NCBI RefSeq assembly: GCF_018350175.1
Contig: NC_058368.1
Location: 56,174,001-56,238,000 of the forward strand
Origin: Felis catus
Taxonomy: Eukaryota
Direction of reading: 5' to 3'
Length of the DNA stretch: 64,000 nucleotides
The first letter of the stretch is position 1. Each line of letters begins with the position of its first letter. Below the pieces are notes generated by a model. It saw nothing but the letters and a program-made list of their open reading frames with translations. It ran no database searches and was not told where the DNA came from. Of this stretch, positions 26,290-39,146 are shown in pieces. The translations under genes and the position numbers were made by a program.

Positions 26290-28380
26290 AAAAAGTAGGC
26301 TATTGTTCAATCAATAATAATAACCTCATCTTCCTTGGAACACTACTAGATTATATTTTCCAGCCTACTTGCATCTATGTGGAGTCATGCCTGGTTTTCA
26401 CCAGTGAAATATAAGTAGAAATGACATATGTCCCCTCCAACTTGAAGTGGTTACCAATGTATGTGTCTTCTGCATGGACACCATCTTTGTTGCTATCAGC
26501 CAGATGATGCAGATGACACAGCTTCAAAATACCAAATGCCTGAGCGCCTGGGTTGATAGAATTTTTTTCCCTGAAATTAGCATGGATCAATGATTCCCAC
26601 TTTCTTTCCCACGTACCCCACCAAGAATGTGATTTGAGGGAAAAATAAACTTCATTCTGTAAAAGCCCTTGAGATTTTGTATTTGCTACTGCATTTGCCC
26701 TAACTTAATAAATATGATAAATCAAATTTGGGTGTTGCCAAACAAACATACCCAAATATATGCCATTTACTTAGTAGTTGTCTGACAGTTGGAGAGGAGG
26801 CTGACATCAGAGGCTAGAAAGAAGCAGATAGGTGTCATTGAGGAGGCTCATAGAGAACTGCCTTCCAACACACTTGCTTGTTGTGCTGCTGGCAATACTT
26901 TTTCAAGCTGGTGAGAAAGTCTGAGATAGCCGGCTGGATGCATGATGAGACACATTTAGCCAATGCTCCAGTTGACACAGAGTTAATCGCAAGATACATA
27001 AATCAAGTTTTCCTCTTATTCCAACAACCTTGGTTAACTCCTAGGAAGTTGTGAAAACACTTGAGATTATTTAGATTCAGCTAAATCTGCCCAAATCAGC
27101 AAAATCCTCCCTATCAAGCCATAGCACTGTGAGAATCAATACATAATGTCTTGCTTTAAGCCAGTATATTTTAAGATGATTTGCCATGAAGCAAGAGCAA
27201 ACTGGCAAAAAAATGGATGTGAAGAGGCATTCTGACTTACAAGAATTTAAACCACTTGGCATTGGCTGAACCATGCTCAGACTGGAAATATGGCAAGGAA
27301 ACAGAAAAGGTCGGGAAAATGATGCTCAAAATTTTAATAGTGATGGAAAAAAAATTGAAAAATATATTTGGAGAAACTACAACCAATAGAGTAGAAAAAG
27401 AACAACTAACAAAATTGTTGTCTGCAGTAATGGGTGAGATAGAAAATATATGACGTATTTGAACACTGACAAATGTAATCAGGCAAGATGTTGTAAATGT
27501 CAGTTGGATGTCAGTAATCTGTGAAAGGGAAGAGAGAGATGATGTAATGAAGAAATTATCTAATTCGCAAGCAGGATTTAGAGGAAATAGAGAAGATCCA
27601 GGAATTGATGAATAATCATCTTCAGTCTTCTCTGTTGATAAGGATTCACAAACTGAAATGAAATCTGTCATCAAAAATCAAATCAAGGTTTTAACTCTAA
27701 GAATCCTCATTAACATTCTTCTAGGAAAGGTTTTAAAAAGTACCTAGTAGCCATTCACAGCTTGACACAAAGGGCTTCTAAGAATTTTATGGGTGTTGTC
27801 TGTCAGCAGCCTGACATACAGAGGTAATTAGAGAGATATATTATGGATGTGGCTTTTGGCATATTGAGTGGACCCACATAAGATGTTTAAAAGACCCATA
27901 AACGTTAAATAAAGTTGTACTGGCAAAAGCACTACCAGTTTAGGACAAAAAGGAAAAAAACAATTAAAAATTAAAAACAAAAGCAAAACACTGGGCTTTC
28001 AATTTTCTGCTGTTGAGAACTAGGATGAGAAATTCCTGTAAGGAAGGAATTTTATCTCAGTGGAAAGAACCTGGATCAAAGAAAATTTAGACAGCACAAG
28101 ACACAATAATGAACATGGGAACCACTCTGATGGAACAAAACTAGGTCCTCATCAATGAATACTTTCACTCCCAAAGGGTGGAAGGTCTGGCAAACAATTG
28201 CTTGCCTAAAATTCAGAATTATCATGGACTGGTGATCCTCATGTTCTTCTTATTTCAAACTTTTTTGAAGGGCATCGTTATTGCAATGATACTATTTCTA
28301 TTTCAATGTTGTATGTTGTATAATTTTGTGGGGTGAATGACTTGGCAATGTAGTTCATCGTTATCTGTGAAGAGAAAGCC
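26290..28380 (+). mobile_element. Old MLT1J-like LTR (~26290-26714) followed by MaLR internal sequence, with a second MLT1 LTR 3' piece (~26900-27205)
   Basis: attttccagcctacttgca...ccagtgaaatataagtagaaatga and aaataaacttcattctgtaaaagcccttgagatttt are MLT1J-like. tgctttaagccagtatattttaagatgatttg marks a second LTR end. Downstream sequence resembles MLT1-int. Confidence 0.6.
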
Positions 28381-28913
28381 AAAATCTGCCAAGATAGGCA
28401 AGTTCATTGGGCCATTTCAGTTTACTTCCTATCTGTGCATGGCTGCAAAATTTCTAGGCTTCTTTTGCAACAAAATTATTTCAAGATTCCTCTAGTCAGA
28501 AAGAAATTCAACTTTTATTACAATGGTCTGAAGAAAGTGAATTTGGGTCAATGGCTGGAAACAATGGTTTAGTCCCTTTGGGTTTAAACTAACAAATAGC
28601 ACTTCAGTATGTGTAACTTTCCCAAAATGAATGGTGCTGTCTCATCATGTAACAAGTTCTTCATTCCTTGAGGTATTCAAGCAGAATCAGGGTTATATCC
28701 TCAGAGGTATATGTGACAAGAGGATATTGGATGAAATACAGAATGAAAAATAGAATTCATCTTGACTCCTAAGCATGATACATTGAGAGTGGCTGCCTAG
28801 AAGTTTCTGTTGAGAAGCATCAGGAAGCCAAATCCATAATGTTCTCAATAAGAGTGCTAGGATTAATAACCAATAATGTTCTTGAGAAAACAGTAGCAGT
28901 GAGTAGACAACAT

Positions 28914-29088
28914 GTTTTTTTAATGTTGTATGTTTTTTGAGAGAGAGACACACACAGACGAGGGGAAGAGAGAATCCCAAGCAGACCATGCTATCTGCAG
29001 CATGGTCTCAATCTCAGGAACCATGACATCATGACCTGAGCTGAAATCAAGAATCAGATGCTTAACACATTGAATCACCCAGGCACCA
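28914..29088 (-). mobile_element. Can-SINE (older, diverged)
   Basis: catgacctgagctgaaatcaagaatcagatgcttaac...cacccaggcacc; TSD gt(a/g)gacaaca. Confidence 0.9.
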
Positions 29089-30116
29089 TAGTGGACAACA
29101 CATTTAAATGACCTTTAGATCTAATTTAAATTCTATAATTGTAGTAATTAATCTCTTAATGGCCTAAAAAATTCAAAATGCTGATCTATCATAAGATGAA
29201 TCATTACAAATTATTTGTAATATTATTGTTCATTAGATATATTTTAACTTAGTCAAGGGCAGTAGAGCTGAACAGACTTGCAAACACCTGCTAGGAGTTA
29301 CTGCAAAAACCAATTCCACTTTCTTGTTGACTCTTTAAATTGATCTAAATGCTGTATTACATAACTGTGGTTATTCTATCAAGATGAATGCATAGAGATT
29401 ATATTTAAAGCATGCAATGTTGCATTTTCCTTTGAAATAAGCCCTGATAGCTTTAGTTCTAAATTCACAGCATATTTAGATATGTAAGTGTATCTGAATT
29501 GAAAATGTTATTTTAGAAGTGCTTCATTGCAATTTACAAATGTGTTTGACTGTCTCTTGTAAGTAGTAAATTTCATTTGGAATATGGAGCTTTTCAGACA
29601 AAGTAAAACTTGCTAATAGTAATGTTCTTCAAGCAATAAATACCCTCGGGACTTCCTTAGTGAAAATGGCTGCTGAAAAAATCTATTGACTTTCAAGAGA
29701 ACTTGGTAATTAACCTCCTGGCAGTTTCCTCCAGGCTATTCTGTTAGTCTCAGCACAACAATGCTAACTTAATTCTACAAACAGAAATTAAATAGGCTTT
29801 GGACCAAGATCCTTGGAAATAATAAACTTAATATTCCACTTTTACTAAATGTGCCTATTAGGACAGACATGAAATGAGATTTTATTCTCTGCCCTTATAT
29901 CTTATAGTAGGTTTGATGGCTGAAAAAAATCAGAGGAAAAAATGGTTTCCTCTTACATATTGAAAGTAGTCATAAGAATTATCAAAATGAAGACATACAT
30001 GTTTTTGTGGGCTTCCCTTAATATTTAATATATTACAAATAACTTAATATTTATTTCATAGTAGTAAGTTGAAAATAAGATTATAGAACACTTTATATAT
30101 CAGTATAAACCAAAAT

Positions 30117-30298
30117 CATTTTGGAGAGAGAGAGAGAGAGCACAAGCAGGGTAAAGGAGCAGAGGGAGAGAAATCCCAAGCAGGCTCCGTGCTCAGCATG
30201 GAACCCAGTGCAGAGCTTGATCCCATTACCCTGGGATTGTGACCTGAGCCAAAAATCAAGAGTTGGATGCTCAACCAACTGAGCCACCCAGGTGCCCC
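30117..30298 (-). mobile_element. Can-SINE
   Basis: Reverse head; TSD agtat(a/g)aaccaaaat. Confidence 0.94.
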
Positions 30299-30344
30299 AG
30301 TATGAACCAAAATTATAAAACACATAGTATAGATAGTATCCAGG

Positions 30345-30550
30345 GTGTTAATTAAGACATTATTTTGAGAAAGGTATTGCACTAAGAATAAAACTAACCC
30401 TCAAATTAATCCTATGAGGATTACATTGTTACTATTTCAGTTATGCAAATAAAATGAAGCACAGAGCATTTGAGTAAATTTCCCAGCATCACAGTGTAGG
30501 TAGACAAAGAGACTTAGAGTGAAGTGCAGGCAAGCTAATTCCCGAATATA
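30345..30550 (-). mobile_element. MIR fragment
   Basis: cctatgagg...ttatgcaaataaaatgaagcacagag...tgagtaaatttcccagcatcacag. Confidence 0.6.
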
Positions 30551-30609
30551 TCTACTGTCTACTGTAGACCAATGGTTGTTTATACATGAGAAACTGTATA
30601 GCATTATAG

Positions 30610-31550
30610 TTCTTTGGGAAACTTCCTTATCTTCTGGCACTGAGAGATTTTCCAGGTTCATCTTGTACATTCCCTGACCCAGTCCTAGAATAAATCACAT
30701 CTCTAATTCCTTTTATTAGAGAATGGAACTAGAAACTAAGATAAAGGTGCTGGATGTGCTTATCTTATTGCTACTAGGGTGTTTTTGCTTTTTGGGCTTC
30801 TCATCTGAGAAAGCAAGCAAGGAAATATGTACATAATAACCTGTGTATATACACATACCCATAAATATTTCTATAGGCAACAATTTACTTTTACTAGGTA
30901 ACCAAGAATTCTTACCACCTTTTCTAACTCTTTCATTAACAAAGGGTTCATTCCACTTTTCCTCACCTCGCTTGTCTGTAAATTATTCCAACATCTTGAA
31001 ATTTGGAAACTGCAGTACCAGAATTGTTAACATATAAGAAACTTTATAAACTGAAATAATTGTTTTCTTTTAGTCTTACAAACTCCATATATTTCCAAAG
31101 TTACTTAAGTCATTATCTTTTCCTCCAGCCACTTCAGTGAGATAGTGTCAGACATTTTTTATTCAGTTAGATGTGTTGTCACATTTGGCATAAAATCCTG
31201 GGACCCCAGTATTACTTGGATACATTAAGATCTACTTTTGTGACTTAAAGCTCTATAGATTTTGATAAACACAAACTTTTGTGGAAACAAACTTTTGGTA
31301 TCATACAGAATAAGTTCACCACTCTAAAATAGTCCATGTCTCACCTATTTTCCTCCCCTTTCCTCCATGGAAAGTACTGATCCTTGTACATCTGTATAGT
31401 GTTGCCTTTCCAGAATGTCATATAATTGGATATACCATGTACATTCTTTTTAGACTGTCTACTTCCAGTTAAAATATGTATTTAGTGTGTGTGTGGCTTG
31501 ATAGCTCATCTCCTCGTATTACTAAATAATATTCCATGGTGTGGAATAGC
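30610..31550 (-). mobile_element. Ancient L1 (L1MC/L1MD-like) 3' region
   Basis: cttctggcac...tccaggttcatcttgtacattccctg...ttttattagagaatgg and ttgcctttccagaatgtcatataattgga are typical of old L1M 3'UTRs. Confidence 0.7.
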
Positions 31551-31559
31551 CAGACTGAA

Positions 31560-32015
31560 GGTTAATGCTTCAACATAGGAATTTTGGGGAGAGATAAATA
31601 TTCAATCCATAATATTCTGCCCCTGGTCTCCCAAAACTCATGTTCTTCTCAAAAGCAAACCACATCAATTCCATTTCAAAAGCCTCAAAGTTTTAACTCA
31701 TTATAGCGTAAATTCTCAGGTCTAAAGGTCAAAATATCACCTAAACATCTAAATCACATATAGGTAAGACTTGGGGTGCAATTCATCATGTGGCAACATT
31801 CCTCTCCAGCTATGAACCTGTGAAAGAAGACAAGTTATGTGCTTTCAAAATACAATGATGGAAGAGGCACAGGATAGATATTTTCTTTCCAAATGGGAGA
31901 AATTGGGATATGAAAGAGATGAAAGGTCTCAAGCAAGTCCAAAATCTAGCAAGACAAATTCCTTAAGGCTCAAGAATAATCCATTTGACTTGATATCTCA
32001 CCTTCCATACCCACT
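31560..32015 (-). mobile_element. MLT1A-like LTR end plus adjacent MaLR internal sequence
   Basis: ttcaacataggaattttgggga...attcaatccataata (LTR end), then ttctgcccctggtctcccaaaactcatgttcttctc (MLT1A-int-like). Confidence 0.72.
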
Positions 32016-32019
32016 GGAC

Positions 32020-32246
32020 GTTCTAGCTCAGGAGATATTGTTTCAGATAAGCATATCTAAGCTATGACTCTCTGGATTCTTCATCTGTGTCTCTGGATTT
32101 TGTGGGGTGACCCTGAAGCCTCACTTCTCTGATGGGTCCAAGGAAAATAATTAATTTTTGTTTTTTTCAACATCTTTTTCTTATTATTATAAGAACATGA
32201 GTGTCCATTTCCAACCTCTTTACATGTCGTAGGTGACATCTGGGTC
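32020..32246 (-). mobile_element. Ancient L1M 5'-end fragment
   Basis: ctcacttctctgatgggtccaagg...ttccaacctctttacatgtc resembles old L1M 5' termini. Confidence 0.5.
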
Positions 32247-35200
32247 ATATGCTTTTTTTAATTAAAACAATGAGAATAAAATACATTTTTAATCATATAT
32301 TTTCTGATTTCATGGGTGAGAAGTATTAATATTTATTAAATACTAGGCAAGTTGAGGTATAGGGAGTATAAAGATCCTGTGATAACCTAGGCACAAATCT
32401 TACTAATTTCTTTCCTTATTCCACTGTATCAATAATTCTTAAATTTCTGTGAATATAAACCTGCTATATATTTGTAAAATTACACATACACATCCTCCTT
32501 GTATACTTGACTAACTCATTATCCTCAACTTTATTCAACAATAATTGAATAGATGAAGACTTGACTTCCACTTGGAAAATGATTCTGAATCCTGTTTCTC
32601 CACATCCTATTCTCAGACCACATATAACCTATTAAAACAGTAGTGTTTTTTAAATGGAATACACCAAAACTAAATGGTTGTGCTTTTCAAAAGTAAGGCA
32701 TCTGTCTCTCTCTTTGTCTTTCTCCCTATTATCTATCTATCTCTATCTCTGTTACTGTGTCTCCTGATCTATCTCCATTTATTGGCTGCAATTCTGTCTT
32801 AAGACTATGATGATAGTTTTAAGACTATGATGATATAATGATCAGATATCTGGATATTTAACAGCTTACAAAGCTTTACTCTTCCCACTTTGGAGTAGAA
32901 TGATTTTTATTTTTTTTTAAAAGAAGCCCTCATTTCCACTAACATAATTTAAAATATTTACCACTGACCTTCCAAATCTAGCACTGGCAGACTAGTATGA
33001 AATGTTCAGAATATTCTATATGAAAAGAAAAATTAGAAAGAACATTGAGTCACCAATTAAATAACATGAGAAAATGACCAATGAATATTAGGAACTCCAG
33101 ATAAAAACATGATAGGAAAAGATATTTTTAAGAAAATGATCTATCTCATTTGACCTCTCACCCCAAGTCATTCAAAATATTAAATCATTTTCTTTAAAAT
33201 GCTTAGCAATGTATAAGGACAACTAACAAAACTTATGAACTATTTAGACATATTGGTATCTTCCAAGATCTTAAAACATAGTAAAATTAAGTAATATAAC
33301 ATAATTCAGAAATGTATGCATACTGCACACACTTATAGGAGCACAGTCACTTTACAGTTATTTCAGTATGAAACATCAGCTGGTTCTGTAAATGTAGAAG
33401 GGAACTGTTTTTTAGTTTCTTCTAAGATTTTGAGACAAATAATATGGCAAAAAATACGGTAGAGTCAGAAAAAAAGATACATGTAGGATGAAGTTTAAAT
33501 CAGATTTTAGAAAGGGGATAAATTTATGAGTTTAATGAGAATGAATGCATTGTCCCCTTTAGTCTTTAATCTGTTCCCTATTTTTTCTATTAGATTTTCA
33601 AAGGCATAATTTATTCTAAATGAGTGACAGTGTTTGTGTAAAGTTCTGGTTCAGGTGATAGGAAGATGACATCAAGGCTCTTTTCTTTAATTTTTATAAG
33701 TCTTTAAGAATTTAAGGCCATCATTGTTTTCCTTGTGATATTACTCAGATATTCAAATTACTCCATTACCCCACACACTACTTTGAAAAACTACAATTCA
33801 AATATTTGAATAAAATATTTACCTAAAATGGATTTCAATTCCATATGACTTTAAGGAGTTAGGTACAGCTAAGATTTACTGAAGCTCTTCCTGGAATATC
33901 TGGTGAAGCATAAAAAGTAATCCACTCTGAGATTGAAAAGTCACCCAGAATTAAATGAGATTGGAGTTAAAAAAAACAAGAACAAAAAAAACATCTTTCT
34001 TTGTTTCTCTTCCACTTTGATACCATTTCTGTTCCTAAGTTCCTTTTTATAAATATGTGTGAAAATTGTATATAACAGTAACAGTAGGAAATTGCCGTTT
34101 CAGGGTAATAGGAAGACAAAAGTTGTATTATAGTCACACTGTGTTATTTTTTCGATCTTTTCAGCAGAGTTCCATTTTCAGTCATAACTGGAATATAAGT
34201 ATGTTTGAGTGAAGATATTATCCTTCTCCTTTTCAGTGCCTCTTTCATTCTCCCATGACTTGACATTCATCTTTGGATACCACAGAGTCAGGTACACCAC
34301 ATTAAAGATGACATTTTGCACCGTCAGACATTTCTACAGGTCTAAGATCAAAAATAAATTTATTTACTAGATTTCTTTCTTTTTCTTTTTTTTTTTGATG
34401 CCTTCAATATATGTATCCCAAGTCTATGTATATAGCATATTTACACACAGGCTATGCAATTTCATTTACATTCTTATTGAGTTCAGAAAGAAAATGCCAG
34501 GTATGCACCAAAATGTATTTAGAGCTCTCTATTTTACTGTCAGTACAAAGATTTATAAACATATCTCCTCACAAATATGCACATGCATAACTCCATGCAG
34601 GGCAATAGTATTAGAAATGCTTAAGCAAGTCTTTGTGTAATATGATTTCCCCCTCTAGTATTCTATCATTTTCCTACATGCAGGATATCTGAAAACAAAA
34701 GAAGTAATTTCCCCAACGGGATACTGAGTGCAAAAATTATATGCTTCAACTTCTTCCATAAATTCTTTGCAGTCAGGCCTCAATCTGTATTTTAACAGGC
34801 AATATCTATCCAACATTTACTTAACGCAGATCATCATGATATTAAGGATTTGGGTTCAGCAGTGGTAGAAAATTAATAGGACCCTTATCTTGTTATAAGG
34901 ATCACTTAATCCAGTTAAAACCAGGTATATTGACCATGTCATTGATTATAAAAATATATACTCTAAACAATTAACATGTAAATGATACTTGATGGGAATA
35001 AAAAAATAATTAATTTTGGCAGAGGAATAACAAACATGGCAGTAAGTAAGTGACTCTTATTCTGGGCCTTGAAGAATAGACAGAAGTTAGGGATACAGAG
35101 GAGCACAAAAGACCAATGCTAGAATCAAAGAAATAGTGGCGTTAAACTGTGCTGTTATGTGTTCTGACTTAAAAAATACCCTGGATTTTCAACAGTGGTT

Positions 35201-35406
35201 ACCTGTAAGATTCATGAAGGATTATTATGTATCAGTGAATAGATGACTAAGAAAGACTTTTGGCATCCTGCATCAAATGCATTTATTTAATGTGAGCAGA
35301 AATCTACCCCTGGGCTCATCCCATTACAAATCTCCACAGCACTAAAAGAACACCAAAACAATAAGCACATATATGACACAGAGCTATAATGTTAAATTTG
35401 CATTGT

Positions 35407-35409
<3 letters not shown>

Positions 35410-35449
<40 letters not shown>
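35410..35449. repeat. (CA)n microsatellite
   Basis: Direct reading. Confidence 0.95.
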
Positions 35450-35451
<2 letters not shown>

Positions 35452-35779
35452 TGCTTTTTCCCTAAGTGTTTGTCATTTGCCAACCATTCGGTTAAGTTGT
35501 ATGCATTCATTATCTCTTGGAATCCTCATTAGAAGTCTAAGTAGTTAGTATTTATATTTGCATTTCATTTTCAAGTTACTTCAGGTTCAGGAAGCTTACA
35601 TAACTTGCTCAAACTGTATCATAGTGTATAGAATTAAGATTTATTCCTATATGAGTCCAGAACCAATATTGTGCTTTGTGTGGAATTAGAACAAGAGATT
35701 CCCTAGAATTTAAAACCAAACAATAGCTAAAAAACTTGATTAAATGTACTGTTTCCCTCCACACTTCTGTTTTATGTAT

Positions 35780-36010
35780 GATTAAGATCATAGCCTCTGG
35801 AATTAAAGTGCCTCTGAGTCAACCTTCTACTGGCCATTTGGGTTTAGAAAGTAATTCTTATGCTCTCTATGATGCAATTTATTCATAAGTAGAATGGAGG
35901 AAATCATTTTACTATTATTCTGGGAATTATATAAGGTGTTTAACATGCTTAAACTATTTCCTCATATATAGTAGGTACTCAACAAAAGTCAGATACTTTA
36001 TTATTATAAT
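35780..36010 (+). mobile_element. MIR
   Basis: gattaagatcatagcctctggaattaaa...atagtaggtactcaacaaa...ttattat. Confidence 0.6.
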
Positions 36011-37067
36011 TGTTTATCATTATTATTATGTATTACTTAAATGTAACTATACTGACATATCTCTTGATAAGGTGACATTTTAATAAATATAATTAGGCTG
36101 ATATATTAAAATAGCAAAATAATACCCTACAACAGGATGTGGAAAGTTTGTGGAGCATCATCTTACCTAATCTTGGTTCTAAAGAATTGTTGATAATGAC
36201 AAAACATAGACATACAGACAGTACAAACAGACCTTCAGAAACATTAGCTCCCATCTAAATTTTGAGGAAAGAACCAAATTCCTCTCTTACGAGAGGAACA
36301 TTAATACTTACAGCATCCTCACCTATAAACGTAAAAATTCTAGCCAATCTTCAGCTTCAGTCAACCTCCACTTTCATTCATCTATAGCAATAATAGTTTT
36401 ATCAAATGCCACAGGAATAATAACATATCAGTTACAGAATTTGCCATATTAGACATTTGAATTCTTCTAATTCCACTTTTCACGTTAGAAATGTAAAACT
36501 TAGAAACTCAGGTTGTGACTTTCATTTATACTGTCATTCAACATTGTGACTACTGGATATCAGTCAATATGGCAGACACTGAAGATATAAACACAAATCA
36601 ATAGTATTACTAATGCTCATGAGCTCATCTTTATTGGAGGACACCGATATGTAAATAAATACATAATGAAAGGAGTATATATGATCCAGTGTTTAAACAG
36701 ATTCTACTTTTATGTCAGCTGGAGTGGATTTGAATACTAGTTTACAAAGCACTGCTTTTGACTCTGGAAAAATTTACATCTCTGATTTTTATTAAATTTT
36801 ATTATCTGTAAGATGGGAATGAATTACTTTTCAAAAAGAATATTAATGATAATTAGCTTATACTATATGTATAAATTACACATAAAATATCTGGGCATAG
36901 CGATTATTTCCTACCTTTCATTTGTAGGATTCCTGACAGATCTAATACAAGGTTTTAGTGGGAGAATATTCAGCTATATATAGAAAGATTAAACTAACTC
37001 ACCCAAGTAGGAAAATGCAAAAATTGTCTGCTTTGTCTTTAAAATTCACTGGAGATAAAGAAAGAAA

Positions 37068-38230
37068 GGGGGGGGGGGAGCTTCCAGAATGGCAGAATGA
37101 GAGCTTCCAAAAATATACTTCTTTATAAAGGGAACTTAAGCATTGGCAACAAATTGTCAGAGTCAAGATTTTCAGAGCTGTGAAGATTAACCAGAGTATC
37201 GAAAGGAACAGGAGAATGTTTCTTGTTTCTTTGAGAAAATCAACTGAATTTCAGTAAGAACAGCAGGATTTATAGCAATATAATTTTGCCTACTCCCCTC
37301 CTTATTTCCCCAATTCTGCAGTAGCCTTGAAGACTATCAGGCTCACAACCAGAGTAACTGAAAAAACAAGCCACCATGTAGCCACAGGCCTGGACAGACC
37401 AGATTTTGAGTTCCTCAAAAAATCCCATACCTAGAGCAGGTTCACTATTTGGCTTGTCTGGCAGCTGCTTAGAAGAATCTCTGTTGCAGAGTGATATCAT
37501 TATTTGCTAAGTAGGTGTTTAAAATTTTTTTAATGTTTATTTATTTTTTGAGAAAGAGAAAGACACAGTGTGAGTGGGGGAGGGGCGGAGACACAGAATC
37601 TGAAGTAGGCTCCAAGCCATCAGCACAGAGCCTGATGGAGGGCTCAACCCACAAACCATGAGATCATGACCAGAGCCAAAGTCAGATGCCCAAGCAACTG
37701 AGCCACCCAGGCACCTGGCTAAGTAGGTGCTTACATCAAGGGATAATTTTATTTCCAGCGTCTTGGTTGAAAATAATGAGTGAAAGAAAAAAAAATAGCA
37801 TCACAGCTGTCCAAAGCTGTGATGCTTGTAGCAAAGAGGAGGCTGACCAAAACTTTTAAAGGAAGATACAGTGAATGAGATGTTCACAAGATACTTGAAA
37901 AGCTCTGAAATATTATAGGAGACCTAAAAGCTATGCAAGTGCAAAGGTGTGTTCAGAGCCCAAAAGATGGAAGGAAGCCCCAAATTCTTACTTCGTGATG
38001 ACCTTGAGGTCTTTGTGATCATGAATTGGAAGGATAAGGCAAAACTGTAAACTACATGAACATTAGACCACACATAGCCACAGTCCCTCTGGCAAGAGGC
38101 AGAGGACTTAAGGTTCAAGACATTAAAAAGAAAAAAAATCTAACAAATCATTAGCAGCCCTGGAAGCTAACAGAGCAGAGATTCAGTGGCCATACATGGC
38201 AATAAACACAAACTTTACAGAAATAATACT
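37068..38230 (+). mobile_element. Ancient L1 (L1MC-like) 5'UTR interrupted by a SINE
   Basis: Begins ggggagcttccagaatggcag; aattgtcagagtcaagattttcagagctgtgaagattaacca resembles L1MC 5' ends. Confidence 0.6.
37518..37717 (-). mobile_element. Can-SINE
   Basis: Reverse SINE; TSD gctaagtaggtg at 37506-37517 and 37718-37729. Confidence 0.95.
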
Positions 38231-38231
38231 G

Positions 38232-38620
38232 AAAGGAAAAATGGAGACAATAAATAAAAAGATCAGTGGTTGCCAGAGGTGGGGAAGTGAAGACAGATGA
38301 ATAAGCAGAGCACAGAAGATTTTTAAGGCAGTGAAAATACTCTTATGATATTACATTGATAAATATAAGTCATTATACATTTGTCGAAATCCATAGAATG
38401 TACAATATCAAAAGTGAACCCTAAGATAAATTATGGATGTCAGGTAATTATGATGTCAATGTAAGTTCATCCTTGGTAAAATCTCTACTTTTCTGATGAG
38501 TGATGGTGAAAATGGGGAAGGCTATTCATGTGTGGGGCAGGGCACTTTATAGGAAATCTCTGTGCCTTCCTCTCAATTTTATTGTGAACTTAAAACTGCT
38601 CTGAAAAGAAAAATTCTTAG
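38232..38620 (+). mobile_element. L1MC1-like 3' end
   Basis: aaagatcagtggttgccag...cattatacatttgtc...ccatagaatgtacaa...gtgaaccctaa...ggaaatctctgtgccttcctctcaatttt. Confidence 0.8.
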
Positions 38621-38946
38621 ACAAAAAAACACAACAGTTATTCATGAAAATTCATTAAAAATACAGCAGCAAAAACAACACAACGCCAACAACAACAAAA
38701 AAAAGAAGCAATAACATATGGCTGCTTGAAATATCATGCTGTAATCTATCTGTCATGATAGAAATTGTGGCATGTTTGACTAACCCAAAGGAGGGATGTT
38801 TCTTTAAGAGAAAAGCAGCATATTAGATAATAGACGAGAATGACATGAAAAAGAAAGTGGAATCTCGAAGGCCAGAATAGACGAATATAAATTTTAAAAC
38901 TTCATGATTTAAGTGGTCTGGCAGAAGATAATAGAAATGAACTAGA

Positions 38947-39146
38947 GGGGCGCCTGGGTGGCTCAGACGGTTAAGCATCTGACTTTTGATCTTGGCTCAG
39001 GTCACGATCTCATGGTTCATGAGATTGGGGCCCCTGCCCAGCTCTGTGCTGACAGCATGGAGTCTGCTTGGGATTCTCTCTCTCCTTCTCTCTGCTGCTC
39101 CTCTCTCTCTCTCTCAAAACAAATAAAGAAACCTAAAAAAAAAAAG
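38947..39146 (+). mobile_element. Can-SINE
   Basis: Canonical head; perfect TSD agaaatgaactaga at 38933-38946 and 39147-39160. Confidence 0.96.

Noticed and set aside
27237..27674. 145-aa minus-strand ORF
   Set aside because: Ser/Phe/Ile-rich antisense reading of a purine-rich, MaLR-internal-like region; no recognisable domain.
34141..34205. Acceptor/donor-like pair (ttttcag ... taagtatgt)
   Set aside because: Weak donor context and very short interval, with no other support.
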